Below, in pieces: positions 23,673-33,923 of a stretch of 64,000 bases of DNA. The notes beneath the pieces were generated by a model. It was given only the letters and a program-made list of their open reading frames with translations. It ran no database searches and had not been told where the DNA came from. A program made the translations under genes and the position numbers. Origin of the DNA: a virus; the IMG/VR virus record IMGVR_UViG_3300025645_000055, positions 1 through 64,000 of that record; one strand, written 5' to 3'. Position 1 is the stretch's first letter. Each line of letters starts with the position of its first letter.

Positions 23673-23674
23673 AT

Positions 23675-23787
23675 GCGAGTGTAGCTCAGTTGGTTAGAGC
23701 GTTATTTAAATCATGCGGGAGTAGCTCAATGGTAGAGCGATACGTTACCAACGTATAGGTTGAGGGTTCGAATCTGATTACTCGCCA
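23675..23787 (+). pseudogene. chimeric tRNA-Gly-like locus: orphan 5-prime half (23675-23701) plus tRNA body with ACC anticodon (23715-23787)
   Basis: ATACG-TT ACC AA-CGTAT; T-stem unpaired; 3-prime TACTCGC pairs better with upstream GCGAGTG. Confidence 0.6.
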
Positions 23788-23791
23788 AATT

Positions 23792-23819
23792 AAGGATGAC
23801 ATAAATGTTATCCTTTTTT
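23792..23819 (+). terminator. terminator closing the tRNA cluster
   Basis: AAGGATGACAT-AA-ATGTTATCCTT followed by a T run. Confidence 0.75.
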
Positions 23820-23947
23820 ATTTGTTTTATTCGATTAATTGAACTATATTTGTTAAATGATAGGAGTATGAGTCCGTACATAAAAATTGGTCGAATAGGA
23901 CATCGCTACCAAAACCTATCATTTTTTAATAAATAAAACAAAGAATT

Positions 23948-24187
23948 ATGATTAGAATTATTAAAGTATTAATGGATTTCGGGATGGATTTTGAATATGA
24001 AAATCGTGGGTCTGAAGGTGAGAAGATTGTTTCCTATGAACTAGGGTTAGATATATCCAACCAAAATGGTAAGATATATTACTCTTGTGGTTGTGAACCA
24101 GAAACAGTTGAAGATGTAGATTTTGAATACATGCGACTTGCTAGTGAAGTACAAGACGAATGTATCGCACAAACAGCATCCTTTTAA
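23948..24187 (+). CDS. hypothetical protein
   Basis: ORF track. Confidence 0.65.
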   Translation: MIRIIKVLMDFGMDFEYENRGSEGEKIVSYELGLDISNQNGKIYYSCGCEPETVEDVDFEYMRLASEVQDECIAQTASF

Positions 24188-24188
24188 T

Positions 24189-24512
24189 ATGAGTGATGAT
24201 GTAGCTTGCCCATATTGTGGCACATACCAAGAGATTAACCACGATGATGGTTATGGGTATGAAGAAGATGGAAATCATGAACAACAATGTTATAATTGTG
24301 AAAAGAATTTTATCTTCACAACCGCAATAATATATCATTATGAAGGTTATAAAGCAGATTGTTTGAATGGTGATGAACACTTATATAAACCAGTGCCAAC
24401 TGCACCTAGGTGTTACGCTAAAATGAGGTGTGAAATGTGTGGTATTGAAAGAGAACCAACGGAAGATGAAAAAGTAACATATAGTATACCAGAAAAACCG
24501 AATTATGATTAA
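24189..24512 (+). CDS. zinc-binding hypothetical phage protein
   Basis: CPYCG...CYNC...C...CEMCG; likely start ATG 24189. Confidence 0.7.
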   Translation: MSDDVACPYCGTYQEINHDDGYGYEEDGNHEQQCYNCEKNFIFTTAIIYHYEGYKADCLNGDEHLYKPVPTAPRCYAKMRCEMCGIEREPTEDEKVTYSIPEKPNYD

Positions 24513-25776
24513 AAACCCAACCATAGCAATAATAGGATTAGGATATGTTGGGCTACCACTTGCCGTTGCTTTTGCAAAAAAGTATAAGGTGATTGGTTTT
24601 GATATTGATAATAAACGAGTATCACAATTACAAGAAGCATTTGATTCAACATTAGAGATGAGTTCACCAGAACTAATAGAGGTGTTACACCCAAATGGTT
24701 TAACTGTTACAACAGACCCATATGTCCTTGGTAAAGCAGATGTTTTTATCATTGCAGTTCCAACACCAACAAATCATAATAATGAGTCTGTATTAACACC
24801 ACTTATTAAGGCATGTGAGAATGTTGCATGTGTACTTGAAAAAAATAAGGTTGTGATTATAGAATCAACTGTATACCCAGGTGTTACAGAAGATATTCTA
24901 GTTCCAATACTTGAAAAAGAATCTGGTCTTAAATTCAATGAAGATTTCTTCGTTGGTTATTCACCAGAAAGAATCAACCCAGGTGATAAGAAACACACAG
25001 TTACAAAGATACTTAAGGTTACATCTGGTTCAACACCAGAGTCTGCCAAATACATAGATGAACTATATGCATCAATCATTACGGCTGGTACATACTTAGC
25101 ACCATCTATTAAAGTGGCAGAAGCAGCGAAGGTAATTGAGAACACCCAAAGAGACATTAACATAGCATTTATGAATGAATTGGCTAAGATATTTAGTCTA
25201 TTGGATATTGATACTAAAGAGGTGTTGGATGCTGCTGCAACCAAGTGGAATTTCTTAAAATTTACACCAGGTCTTGTTGGTGGTCATTGTATTGGGGTTG
25301 ACCCATATTACTTGGCTCAAAAAGCAAGGGCAGAGGGTTATAACCCAGAGTTAATATTAGCAGCTCGTAGACTTAACGATGGTATGGGTGCTTATGTTGG
25401 TAGAGAAGTCATCAAGTTGATGATTAAACACAATAAACAAATAAATGGTGGTAATGTATTGGTTTTGGGAATTACTTTTAAAGAGAATTGTCCAGACATT
25501 AGAAATACCAAGGTGGTTGATATTGTTTCAGAGTTAGAGAAATTCTACGTTAATGTAGATGTATATGACCCTTGGGCAAATCATGATGAGGTTGAAGATG
25601 TGTTTGGTATAGATTTACTACATGTAGAAGACTTAAATATAAAAAAATATGATGGTATAGTATTAGCCGTTGGACATGATGAGTTTAAAACAATTATAAA
25701 TATTAATAACTTTGATGGTGTGGTATATGATGTTAAGTCGTTCCTACCAAAAGAAAATGTAAATGATAGATTATGA
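24505..25776 (+). CDS. nucleotide-sugar dehydrogenase (UDP-GlcNAc/GalNAc C6 dehydrogenase, TviB/WbpO-like)
   Basis: [48 protein letters not shown]. Confidence 0.93.
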   Translation: MIKNPTIAIIGLGYVGLPLAVAFAKKYKVIGFDIDNKRVSQLQEAFDSTLEMSSPELIEVLHPNGLTVTTDPYVLGKADVFIIAVPTPTNHNNESVLTPLIKACENVACVLEKNKVVIIESTVYPGVTEDILVPILEKESGLKFNEDFFVGYSPERINPGDKKHTVTKILKVTSGSTPESAKYIDELYASIITAGTYLAPSIKVAEAAKVIENTQRDINIAFMNELAKIFSLLDIDTKEVLDAAATKWNFLKFTPGLVGGHCIGVDPYYLAQKARAEGYNPELILAARRLNDGMGAYVGREVIKLMIKHNKQINGGNVLVLGITFKENCPDIRNTKVVDIVSELEKFYVNVDVYDPWANHDEVEDVFGIDLLHVEDLNIKKYDGIVLAVGHDEFKTIININNFDGVVYDVKSFLPKENVNDRL

Positions 25777-26220
25777 ATAAAGAAGAATTTGAAGAATGGG
25801 TTGTTGATGTGCACTGTGATTTATTTCACGTGATGCCAACATACATGGATGACGAACATGGTGTTAGGATAGACCAACTAAGGGTTTTAAGTGCTATTAA
25901 CAAACACCCAAAGGTATTACAACATAAAACATTAAAACAACTACTCGAACAATTCGAGGTATTAAATTAAGAGATATGGATGAATGGGAAAGCAGATTGT
26001 TTAAATACAATTACACTTCGTATTGTCAAGGTACGGCAGATAGAGGTGTTGGATATGCACTTTTAAATGTGCCAAGAAGTACTACATTTAATAACAATAG
26101 AAGTGTACTAATGAATAGTAGGCATAACGATAATCATGAGATTGATATTGAAAGTGTTGAGGATTTAACAATTCACTTCTAATATTTGGTTATTAAAAAT
26201 AATTATTATATATTTGTAAA

Positions 26221-26643
26221 ATGAAATTACTTAAAGAATTTAAAGACTTTGCCATTAAGGGTAATATGATGGATATGGCAATCGGTATCATTATCGGTGC
26301 ATCATTTAATGGTATCATCAATATCTTGGTTAAGAAAATAATTCTACCACCAATTGCTTATATATCTAACGGTATCAATTTAAAAGATAAACGTATGGTA
26401 TTACAAGAAGCCACTGGTGATACTACAGAAATAGTAGTTGAATATGGTGAACTAATAGAAGCCTTTATAGACTTCTTTATTATTGGTCTGGTATTGTTTA
26501 TAGTTGTTAAGATTATGAACAAATGGATGGACAGAGCACAAGACCCAAGAGATATTACCGTTAAAACACCTAAAAATATTCAACTATTAAGTGATATTTC
26601 AGATTTACTTGAAAAACAAAATGAATTATTAAAAAACAAATAA
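26221..26643 (+). CDS. mscL: large-conductance mechanosensitive channel MscL
   Basis: EFKDFAIKGN..DMAIGIIIG.SF; YG.....IDF.I; LL.DI.DLL. Confidence 0.93.
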   Translation: MKLLKEFKDFAIKGNMMDMAIGIIIGASFNGIINILVKKIILPPIAYISNGINLKDKRMVLQEATGDTTEIVVEYGELIEAFIDFFIIGLVLFIVVKIMNKWMDRAQDPRDITVKTPKNIQLLSDISDLLEKQNELLKNK

Positions 26644-26648
26644 ATATT

Positions 26649-27593
26649 ATGGGAAGCTTCTATTCAACATGTTCGATATCGGATATGACATTAACAAATC
26701 AAAAAACAAGTATTCAATTACTAGTACCAACCTTTTCTAAAGATTTTTCAGAACATAAGGGTATGATAGTATCTAACGATGGGGCAATGTGTTTCTTTGC
26801 ACCATTTGGGTTTCCAATCCATGGTAGATATTATGACTATGGGCAAATTGAAGATATAGAAAGAGATGCAAACGTTGAAATGCTTGAGGATTTCTTCAAC
26901 CTATCAATAGAACAAATACTAGAGAATGTTGGTGATGACCGTTGGCATAAATATGGTGAAAAAAGAGATGGTGATTCAACTGATAACCACTGGAAAATCA
27001 CTGGTAAAGATGGTGGTGCTGTTAAGAATCAAGATGTGTTCCTTGAATTGGGGATGACATATTTTAGAACTGAGGTTTTAGAATACCTAGAAGAAGGTTG
27101 GAAAGATTTAATACCTGGGGCTAAAGAACATGGTCAATACACAATTGGTGGTAGAATAGGACAATACTTTGATGAATTAAAAAAATTAAGAAAAGAAGAT
27201 AAATCAATATTTGGTTCAAAATATGAATCAAAATATGGTACTAGTTTATATCTACCAAGTTTGATTGAAATTAGTATGTGGGATTTATTACCAATCACTC
27301 AAGAAACATCTGGTGATGAAATGCTTAAGCAAGTTACGTTCTTATACAATCTTGGATATCGTAAACTAGGTAAAATGTTATTACCATCAGTTTATGGTTC
27401 ACAACAAGACAATTGGTTTGAAACACTTAAGTTTAATAAATTCACCAATGATTTATTGGTTAAAGATATTAACGAATATAATAGTTGGATGATTGAAGAT
27501 TATACCACTGATGGTGTTTTTGATAAAGAAGGTTTTATTGAAGACTATGGTGAAAAATATCTTGAACAAATAGAAATGATTCAAAATGGGTAA
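26649..27593 (+). CDS. hypothetical phage protein
   Basis: 314-aa ORF (MGSFYSTCSIS...PIHGRYYDYG). Confidence 0.75.
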   Translation: MGSFYSTCSISDMTLTNQKTSIQLLVPTFSKDFSEHKGMIVSNDGAMCFFAPFGFPIHGRYYDYGQIEDIERDANVEMLEDFFNLSIEQILENVGDDRWHKYGEKRDGDSTDNHWKITGKDGGAVKNQDVFLELGMTYFRTEVLEYLEEGWKDLIPGAKEHGQYTIGGRIGQYFDELKKLRKEDKSIFGSKYESKYGTSLYLPSLIEISMWDLLPITQETSGDEMLKQVTFLYNLGYRKLGKMLLPSVYGSQQDNWFETLKFNKFTNDLLVKDINEYNSWMIEDYTTDGVFDKEGFIEDYGEKYLEQIEMIQNG

Positions 27594-28128
27594 AAAAGAT
27601 GTAAGTAGATTTTTAAGTCTTGTATTAAGACATAAACCAGAGACGATTGGAATTACCCTAGATGAAAATGGGTGGGTAGATGTTGATGTGTTATTATCTT
27701 CACTAAAATCTCATAATAGAGAAATTACTTTTGGTGAACTTAAAGAATCGGTCATCACCAATAATAAGCAACGATTTACCTTTAACGATGATGAAACCCA
27801 AATTAGGGCTAATCAAGGACATAGTGTTGATGTTGATTTACAATTAAAACCTTCTAAACCACCAAGTAAATTATACCATGGGACTGTTGAGAAAGCAATT
27901 CAAGGTATAAAAGAGACTGGTTTAAAGAAAATGAATCGTCACGCACTACATTTAAGTGAAGATGTGGCTACGGCTACTAATGTGGGTTCTAGACGTGGTG
28001 ATGCAATCATACTAGAAATTGATTCTGGTGCAATGGACATAGATGGATTTGAATTCTGTCAATCAAAAAATGGTGTGTGGCTTATTGATATAGTACCACA
28101 TAGATATATTAACTTTGAAAACTATTAA
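27586..28128 (+). CDS. kptA: RNA 2-prime-phosphotransferase Tpt1/KptA
   Basis: SRFLSLVLRH, KQRF, IRANQGHS, LYHGT, HLS, NGVWL. Confidence 0.95.
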   Translation: MGKKDVSRFLSLVLRHKPETIGITLDENGWVDVDVLLSSLKSHNREITFGELKESVITNNKQRFTFNDDETQIRANQGHSVDVDLQLKPSKPPSKLYHGTVEKAIQGIKETGLKKMNRHALHLSEDVATATNVGSRRGDAIILEIDSGAMDIDGFEFCQSKNGVWLIDIVPHRYINFENY

Positions 28129-28800
28129 ATAATGAAAGGACTTATTGATAGATATATGAGCAGTTACCTTAGATTGGTGGTACTCATAGTTATTAGTATT
28201 ATGGCTGGACTATCATTATTATTAAGCCCAGAAAACGTTAGCCATTTGGTTATTAGATTTGTTGGGGTTATATGGGTAATAGATGGTATTAATTATATTG
28301 GGTTGTATAAACTTAAACGACTTAAAGATAAATCAGATACAGAAGAATGGGTGAAATAGATAAAAAATTAGACGAACTAATAGACTTAGTGGTAAAGGAA
28401 AAGGACTATAGTAGTGGGACTGTTCTTTATGCTCTAAAGGGTGCAAAGTGCATACCACATCACCATAGGGTGTTTGCTTTAGAGGTTTGTAGGTTGGTTA
28501 AAGATAAGATGAGACCAATGCTTGAAGCAGAAAAAGCATCATGGAACTAATGAAAAAATTAAGATATAATATTAAGAAGTGGTTTTTAAAGAGAAAATTA
28601 AAAAAGTTCTTTAAAAAACTTAATTGGTCACATGATGATATCATGGGGATGACTAGTCATTGTGGTTCATTAGATGATGCCACGAAACACCTTACATATA
28701 GATTATTACAAAAATTCTTATGTGATGAAAGGGAAGAGAAAATTTTACACATGACGGCTAAAGTATTGGTTAGAGATGGGTTTATTAGGGGTTGGAAATA

Positions 28801-29187
28801 ATGTATAAAGTTAGATTCAATTTAGGTAGGGGTCCTCGGTATATGACCTGGAAGATAGAAAACCCAGATGGTACTGTAGAGTATTTAGAACCAAATGACA
28901 TATCTTTATCAATGTATGGTTGTGAACTTAAAAACAACCCTAAAGCTGCTAAAAGAATATTTGATGGTGCAAACAAATATGTGTGTGCATTTATTAAGTG
29001 TAAAACGTTAATTATTAGTGAACCATTAACCGAAGACAAAGATATTAGTATGTCTTTAATGTATAACCCAAGGGTTAAACCTTATTGGGTTAATAATAAT
29101 GGTGATAACTTAGATGGTAAAAAGATTGATTGGGTGATAACCAATGGTCGTAAATTATGGTTTAAAAACCTTGACTATTTCAAATAA
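28801..29187 (+). CDS. hypothetical phage protein
   Basis: ORF; YKVRFNLGRG...YNPR..P.W. Confidence 0.7.
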   Translation: MYKVRFNLGRGPRYMTWKIENPDGTVEYLEPNDISLSMYGCELKNNPKAAKRIFDGANKYVCAFIKCKTLIISEPLTEDKDISMSLMYNPRVKPYWVNNNGDNLDGKKIDWVITNGRKLWFKNLDYFK

Positions 29188-29457
29188 TGTTATTATATTG
29201 GTGCTATGAAAAACAAAATATTTATAGACCTAGATAGTGAACGAGATGAAACCATCTTAATAACCAAACCAGAGAACATTGTTGAAGAAATATCTGATGA
29301 AGAATCTGCAAAGAAGATGATTCTTGAGGATATAACAACGGTATGTCAAGCATTGGGTACACTAATCAAAGTAGGTAACGACAGTGAGTATTTCGATGGT
29401 GAAAAATCTGCAAAGATTTGTATCAAATACTTAGAAGATAACTTTATAAAATAAAGG

Positions 29458-29727
29458 ATGATAAATTGTGAATTATGTAATAGAGAAAAAGAGCTAACCT
29501 CACATCATCTAATACCAAAACAAGTACACGCTAAGAGTTATACCATGGGTCTTTACACTAAAGAGGAAATGAGGTCTAATAGAGCAATGCTTTGTCGTTT
29601 ATGTCATCGAGAGATACATAAGTTTTTCACCCATAAAGAATTAGCAACTATTTATTATACAGTAGAGTTGTTAAAAAATAATGAGACCGTAAAGAAGTTC
29701 TTGGTCTGGGCTAGAAAACAAAAGTAA
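29458..29727 (+). CDS. small HNH endonuclease
   Basis: CELC...LTSHHLIP...LCRLCHREIH. Confidence 0.85.
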   Translation: MINCELCNREKELTSHHLIPKQVHAKSYTMGLYTKEEMRSNRAMLCRLCHREIHKFFTHKELATIYYTVELLKNNETVKKFLVWARKQK

Positions 29728-29729
29728 TT

Positions 29730-30293
29730 ATGAAACTAACCAAAATTTACAAAAAACTAATCACCGAAGCAAGTAATTCACATTCATACGGATGTGTCAT
29801 GCTTTATTTTGATGCTAAAGAACCATTGTTCAAACAAGCACAAAAAATAATAGAAAAAGATGACCTATACTTAGGTACTGAAGATGACCCAGGTTATGGT
29901 TTAGAAACAGAACCACATGTTACTGTATTATATGGTATTCATGGTGATGTTCCAGATGAAGATGTTGAAGCTAAAATAGATAACTTCACCCAACCAGAAA
30001 TAAACTTGAAGGATATATCAATATTTGATAATGCAGCCAAGGGGTTTGATGTGGTTAAATTTGATATCACCAATAAGGAACTGAATAAGATGAATAAGGA
30101 TGTATCTAAATTACCCCACACAACAGATTACCCAGATTATCATGCACATATTACAATTGCATATGTTAAAGCTGGTAAAGGTGAGAAATATGTTCAAACA
30201 TTATCAGAGGATAAACAAATTAACATTAAACCCAATAAGATAGTCTACAGTAAACCAGATGATTCCAAAAAAACTTATGATTTTAACGGATAA
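29730..30293 (+). CDS. 2H phosphoesterase, Acb1 (T4 gp57B)-like
   Basis: Two HxT motifs: PHVTVLYG and DYPDYHAHITIAY. Confidence 0.8.
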   Translation: MKLTKIYKKLITEASNSHSYGCVMLYFDAKEPLFKQAQKIIEKDDLYLGTEDDPGYGLETEPHVTVLYGIHGDVPDEDVEAKIDNFTQPEINLKDISIFDNAAKGFDVVKFDITNKELNKMNKDVSKLPHTTDYPDYHAHITIAYVKAGKGEKYVQTLSEDKQINIKPNKIVYSKPDDSKKTYDFNG

Positions 30294-30330
30294 ATAACTA
30301 GGTTTGTTGATAGGTTTAATATTTATTAAT

Positions 30331-31089
30331 ATGACAACATTTAATATAATAATTTATTCAACACTACCAACATTCTTATATATATTCTTTATATATTCGG
30401 TTTTACCATATAACACATTTAAGATAAGAAAGTCTTTATTGTACTGGGGTTTTGGTGCACTTTCTATTTTACTTGTCATGGGTTTTTATAAGTTATTCCC
30501 AAATTGGAGTAACCTACCAAGCATTCTTACTAATATGTATACCGATAAACTTGGTTATTTACACATTAGGAACTTCATACAGATAGGTTTATTAGAAGAA
30601 TTGAGTAAGATGATTATGTTCTTATTGTTGGGTGTACTTGGAAGTAGGTTACCAATGTTTAAGGCGTTATCACCAATTGAAACTATGCTTTATTGTGGTT
30701 TTCTAGCACTTGGATTTGCGGGTGTTGAAAACATATACTATGGTCAAAATGTTAATAACCCAGAATTTGTTTTAAAACTTCGTTCAATTACTTCAGTACC
30801 AGCTCATCTTATATTTGGGTTATATATGGGGTATTTTATAGCTAAGGGTAAATTAATTTTGCGTATTAAAAATAAATCATATATCGATTTATTACTAAGT
30901 AACAATAAATTTAGAAAGGTAATATTTGGATTATTTGGGTTGTTTGTTGCCATGGTTCTTCATGGTATTTATAACCTACACATAGCTTTAAACACCTATT
31001 CATTTATAAGTGGAACGTATATATTTTTATTTGCAGCCACATTTGGATTATATTGGTGTTACAACGACATCCGAAAAATAACTTCATAA
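30331..31089 (+). CDS. PrsW-family intramembrane glutamic protease
   Basis: GLLEELSK, GFAGVENI.Y, R.....PAH, LHG.YN. Confidence 0.88.
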   Translation: MTTFNIIIYSTLPTFLYIFFIYSVLPYNTFKIRKSLLYWGFGALSILLVMGFYKLFPNWSNLPSILTNMYTDKLGYLHIRNFIQIGLLEELSKMIMFLLLGVLGSRLPMFKALSPIETMLYCGFLALGFAGVENIYYGQNVNNPEFVLKLRSITSVPAHLIFGLYMGYFIAKGKLILRIKNKSYIDLLLSNNKFRKVIFGLFGLFVAMVLHGIYNLHIALNTYSFISGTYIFLFAATFGLYWCYNDIRKITS

Positions 31090-31183
31090 TCCCTTGTTTT
31101 TATAGAAAATTAGAACTATATTTGTACTATAATAATATTTCAAACCATTGATTTATTATTAAAAAATAGTATATTAGTTACCT

Positions 31184-31582
31184 ATGGCAAAGAAAAGGGT
31201 AATTAAAAAGGTAACACCTAAGAAACCAGCACCTAAAAAAAAGACGGTGGTGACAAAAAAGGCAGTACCTAAGAAAAGGGTTACAAAGAAAACTGTAACT
31301 AAAAAAAATGTAGTGGCGAAGAAGGTTGTTATTAAAAAGAAAACAACATCTTCACGTAGACCAGTTAAGAAAACTAGTGTAACAGAAGCTAAACACGATA
31401 AAGTACCAGTTAAAACGGTTAAGAAACCTAAAAACGTTAAAAACTTTGTTAAGATTAGTACCACATCCAAACATAGTAAGTTTGTTGATGCTGGTAAAAG
31501 AGTTCAAGCTGGTGAGTTACAATGGTCAAGATATGTGGTAGAGGGTAATGTCTCATATCACTATTATTTAATATTAAAATAA
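31184..31582 (+). CDS. Lys/Val/Thr-rich histone H1-like basic protein
   Basis: KK-repeat low-complexity N-terminal two thirds; small C-terminal domain. Confidence 0.65.
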   Translation: MAKKRVIKKVTPKKPAPKKKTVVTKKAVPKKRVTKKTVTKKNVVAKKVVIKKKTTSSRRPVKKTSVTEAKHDKVPVKTVKKPKNVKNFVKISTTSKHSKFVDAGKRVQAGELQWSRYVVEGNVSYHYYLILK

Positions 31583-31588
31583 AAGATA

Positions 31589-31972
31589 ATGACAATTTTT
31601 GAAAAAATGTGTGCGGATTTCTTAGCGGCTTATAAGGCCAAAGAAATGGAAAAGAAAGATTTTTTAGGTTTCCTTAAATCGGAAATTCTTAGAGAGGGTA
31701 AACCCACAGATGATGCTTATGTGATTCTTAAACTTAAATCTATGTTTAATAAATTAGAGGATTCTGATTCAATCACTGAAATGGAGTTTAATGTGTTTCA
31801 TTCATATATTCCAAAACAAATGAGTGAAGAAGAATTAACTGTTATTATTGGTTTAGTGGTTCAAGAATCGTTAAACGCAAATATGGGTACAATCATGAAA
31901 CATTTGATTAAAACATACCCAGGTCAATATGATGGTAAAATGGCATCAATAATTGCTAAAAAATTATTATAA
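31589..31972 (+). CDS. GatB/YqeY domain protein
   Basis: AYKAKE...L..LKSEI...YIPKQMSEEEL...MG.IMK...DGK. Confidence 0.85.
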   Translation: MTIFEKMCADFLAAYKAKEMEKKDFLGFLKSEILREGKPTDDAYVILKLKSMFNKLEDSDSITEMEFNVFHSYIPKQMSEEELTVIIGLVVQESLNANMGTIMKHLIKTYPGQYDGKMASIIAKKLL

Positions 31973-31974
31973 AA

Positions 31975-32170
31975 AATAAGTCAGAGAACGTATCGCACTA
32001 CGGTGAGAAACCTCCAGACATCACAGTTTAAGGTAGGAGACGAAAGTCGATTGCACTACCGAGGATGCAACTCAAACAGACCGAGGGGATGAACTGCCCG
32101 TTGAGGTCGGGTTAGAGGCAAATAGGTAAATGATACGATAAAGCAGAATTTGGGGTAAGCTCAACTTATT
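31975..32170 (+). ncRNA. rnpB: minimal RNase P RNA
   Basis: P1 AATAAGT/ACTTATT; P2 CGTATC/GATACG; P4 ACC(T)CCAGA/TTTGGGGT with bulged U; GAGAAA, TGCAAC, AGGTAAATG and CAGAA conserved blocks. Confidence 0.82.
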
Positions 32171-32188
32171 ATTAAAAAAAACAATTAA

Positions 32189-32755
32189 ATGAATAGAGAA
32201 AAAATCTTTGATAACTTAGATAACTTACTTGCTAATAAGCATGGTAAGAATTTCATAAACCATCTAGTGATGGCTTATGTACCAGTGAATAAAGTTGATA
32301 AGGTTTTTATCAGACCACAGAAGGTTAAATTTAAATGTGCAATCATTGATGAACAATTAATATCTGTTAATGAAATACTTAAGGGTGTTACAGAAGATGC
32401 GTTTAAAGATGATGTATTCAAGTATCTTCACACAATGTTTGATACTAAAAGTGAACCAGAAACACCAATTAAGAAATTAATGGGTGATAAGAAGCTTGGT
32501 ATCCAAGGTACTAAAACCGATACCTTTATGTCTATTGATGGTTATTTCCTTTTCTATGATTGGCTTTCAACTAAAATTATGTTGGGTGATAAACATATCA
32601 CCTGGTTAATGAGAAAGGCTAAGGAAACCCTTACTGATAGCACTGGTAATAGGGTTAAAAAAGAGGTGGAGAAAAAAGAGGTTAGAGCAACCTTTGCCCT
32701 TGGTGACCTACCAGCACTACAAGCCCTTAAGGATAAATTAGATGGGAAAAAATAA
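32189..32755 (+). CDS. hypothetical protein
   Basis: 188-aa ORF. Confidence 0.75.
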   Translation: MNREKIFDNLDNLLANKHGKNFINHLVMAYVPVNKVDKVFIRPQKVKFKCAIIDEQLISVNEILKGVTEDAFKDDVFKYLHTMFDTKSEPETPIKKLMGDKKLGIQGTKTDTFMSIDGYFLFYDWLSTKIMLGDKHITWLMRKAKETLTDSTGNRVKKEVEKKEVRATFALGDLPALQALKDKLDGKK

Positions 32756-32938
32756 ACATGTTAAGAGTGGGTGGAATAAGGGTAACTATTGTGGTTGCCA
32801 CTATTGTACTGGTACTACTTATGAAGATTGGTTGGAGTTAAAACATAATCTAAAACCTAAACATAAAAATACTCTATAAATGTTTGCTTATTAAATATAT
32901 TATACTTATCTTTGTCCTATAATTGTAAAACAATATAT

Positions 32939-33922
32939 ATGGATATTAAGAAAACAGTAAACCCAGAAGATTATAGTGTTGGTGTGATAGTTGCACGGTT
33001 TCAAACCCACGAATTACATGACCCACACAAAGAGATGATTGATATCGTCTGTGATAATCATAAAAAGGTACTTATTTTCCTTGGAATATCTACAATTCCA
33101 AATACCAAAAGAAACCCATTAGATTTTGCCACTAGAATGGTGATGATACAAGAATATGCACCAAAAGCGGTGATTATACCAATTAAGGATAATCGTTCTA
33201 ATTTAGTATGGAGTAAATATTTAGATTCACAAATATCATTAATATTTGGTGATGCTAATGTTAAACCATTACTATATGGTAGTAGAGATTCTTTTATCCC
33301 ATTCTATGAGGGTAGATTTGATACTGCTGAATTAACAAGCGATGTTATGATTAGTGGTACTGAAATAAGAAATAACGTTTCCAAAGAAATCCTAATGTCT
33401 CAAGACTTCCGAGCTGGGGTTATACACGCAAATTACGCACAAAGAGCAGTATCATATCCAACGGTTGATGTTGTTGCATATAATGATAAAGGTCAAATCT
33501 TAATGGCTAAGAAACCAAACGAAGACAAGTATAGATTTGTTGGTGGATTTGTTGACACAAGTGATAATAGACTTGAACATTCTGCTAGACGAGAGTTTAT
33601 GGAAGAAACTGGTGGTAGTGGTGAAATAGGTGAATTAAAATATGTTTGTTCACAAGCCATTGATGATTGGAGATATAAGAAAGAAGACTCTGGTATTATG
33701 ACCACACTCTTTATTGGTTATTTCAGATGGGGTTATGTAAGACCCTCAGATGATATTAGTGAACTTAAATGGATGGACTTCTCTAGATTCTTAGATATGG
33801 GTTATATTAAACATAATATGATGCCAGAACACGAAACCTTAATGATTACCCTTGTTAATAAAATTAAAGATGGTACATTAGGTATTAAAACACTTGAAGA
33901 ACAAAATACAGAAAAACTATAA
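32939..33922 (+). CDS. bifunctional NMN adenylyltransferase / Nudix ADP-ribose pyrophosphatase (NadM-Nudix)
   Basis: VARFQ..LH..H, RNPL.F..R, SGTEIR; Nudix box GGFVD......SARREFMEETG. Confidence 0.9.
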   Translation: MDIKKTVNPEDYSVGVIVARFQTHELHDPHKEMIDIVCDNHKKVLIFLGISTIPNTKRNPLDFATRMVMIQEYAPKAVIIPIKDNRSNLVWSKYLDSQISLIFGDANVKPLLYGSRDSFIPFYEGRFDTAELTSDVMISGTEIRNNVSKEILMSQDFRAGVIHANYAQRAVSYPTVDVVAYNDKGQILMAKKPNEDKYRFVGGFVDTSDNRLEHSARREFMEETGGSGEIGELKYVCSQAIDDWRYKKEDSGIMTTLFIGYFRWGYVRPSDDISELKWMDFSRFLDMGYIKHNMMPEHETLMITLVNKIKDGTLGIKTLEEQNTEKL

Positions 33923-33923
33923 T

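Noticed and set aside
23856-23925. Stem AAATGATAGG/CCTATCATTT with inner GTCC/GGAC as a hammerhead ribozyme
   Set aside because: CUGAUGA and GAAA core motifs are absent; the stem begins close to a promoter and may be a simple 5-prime hairpin
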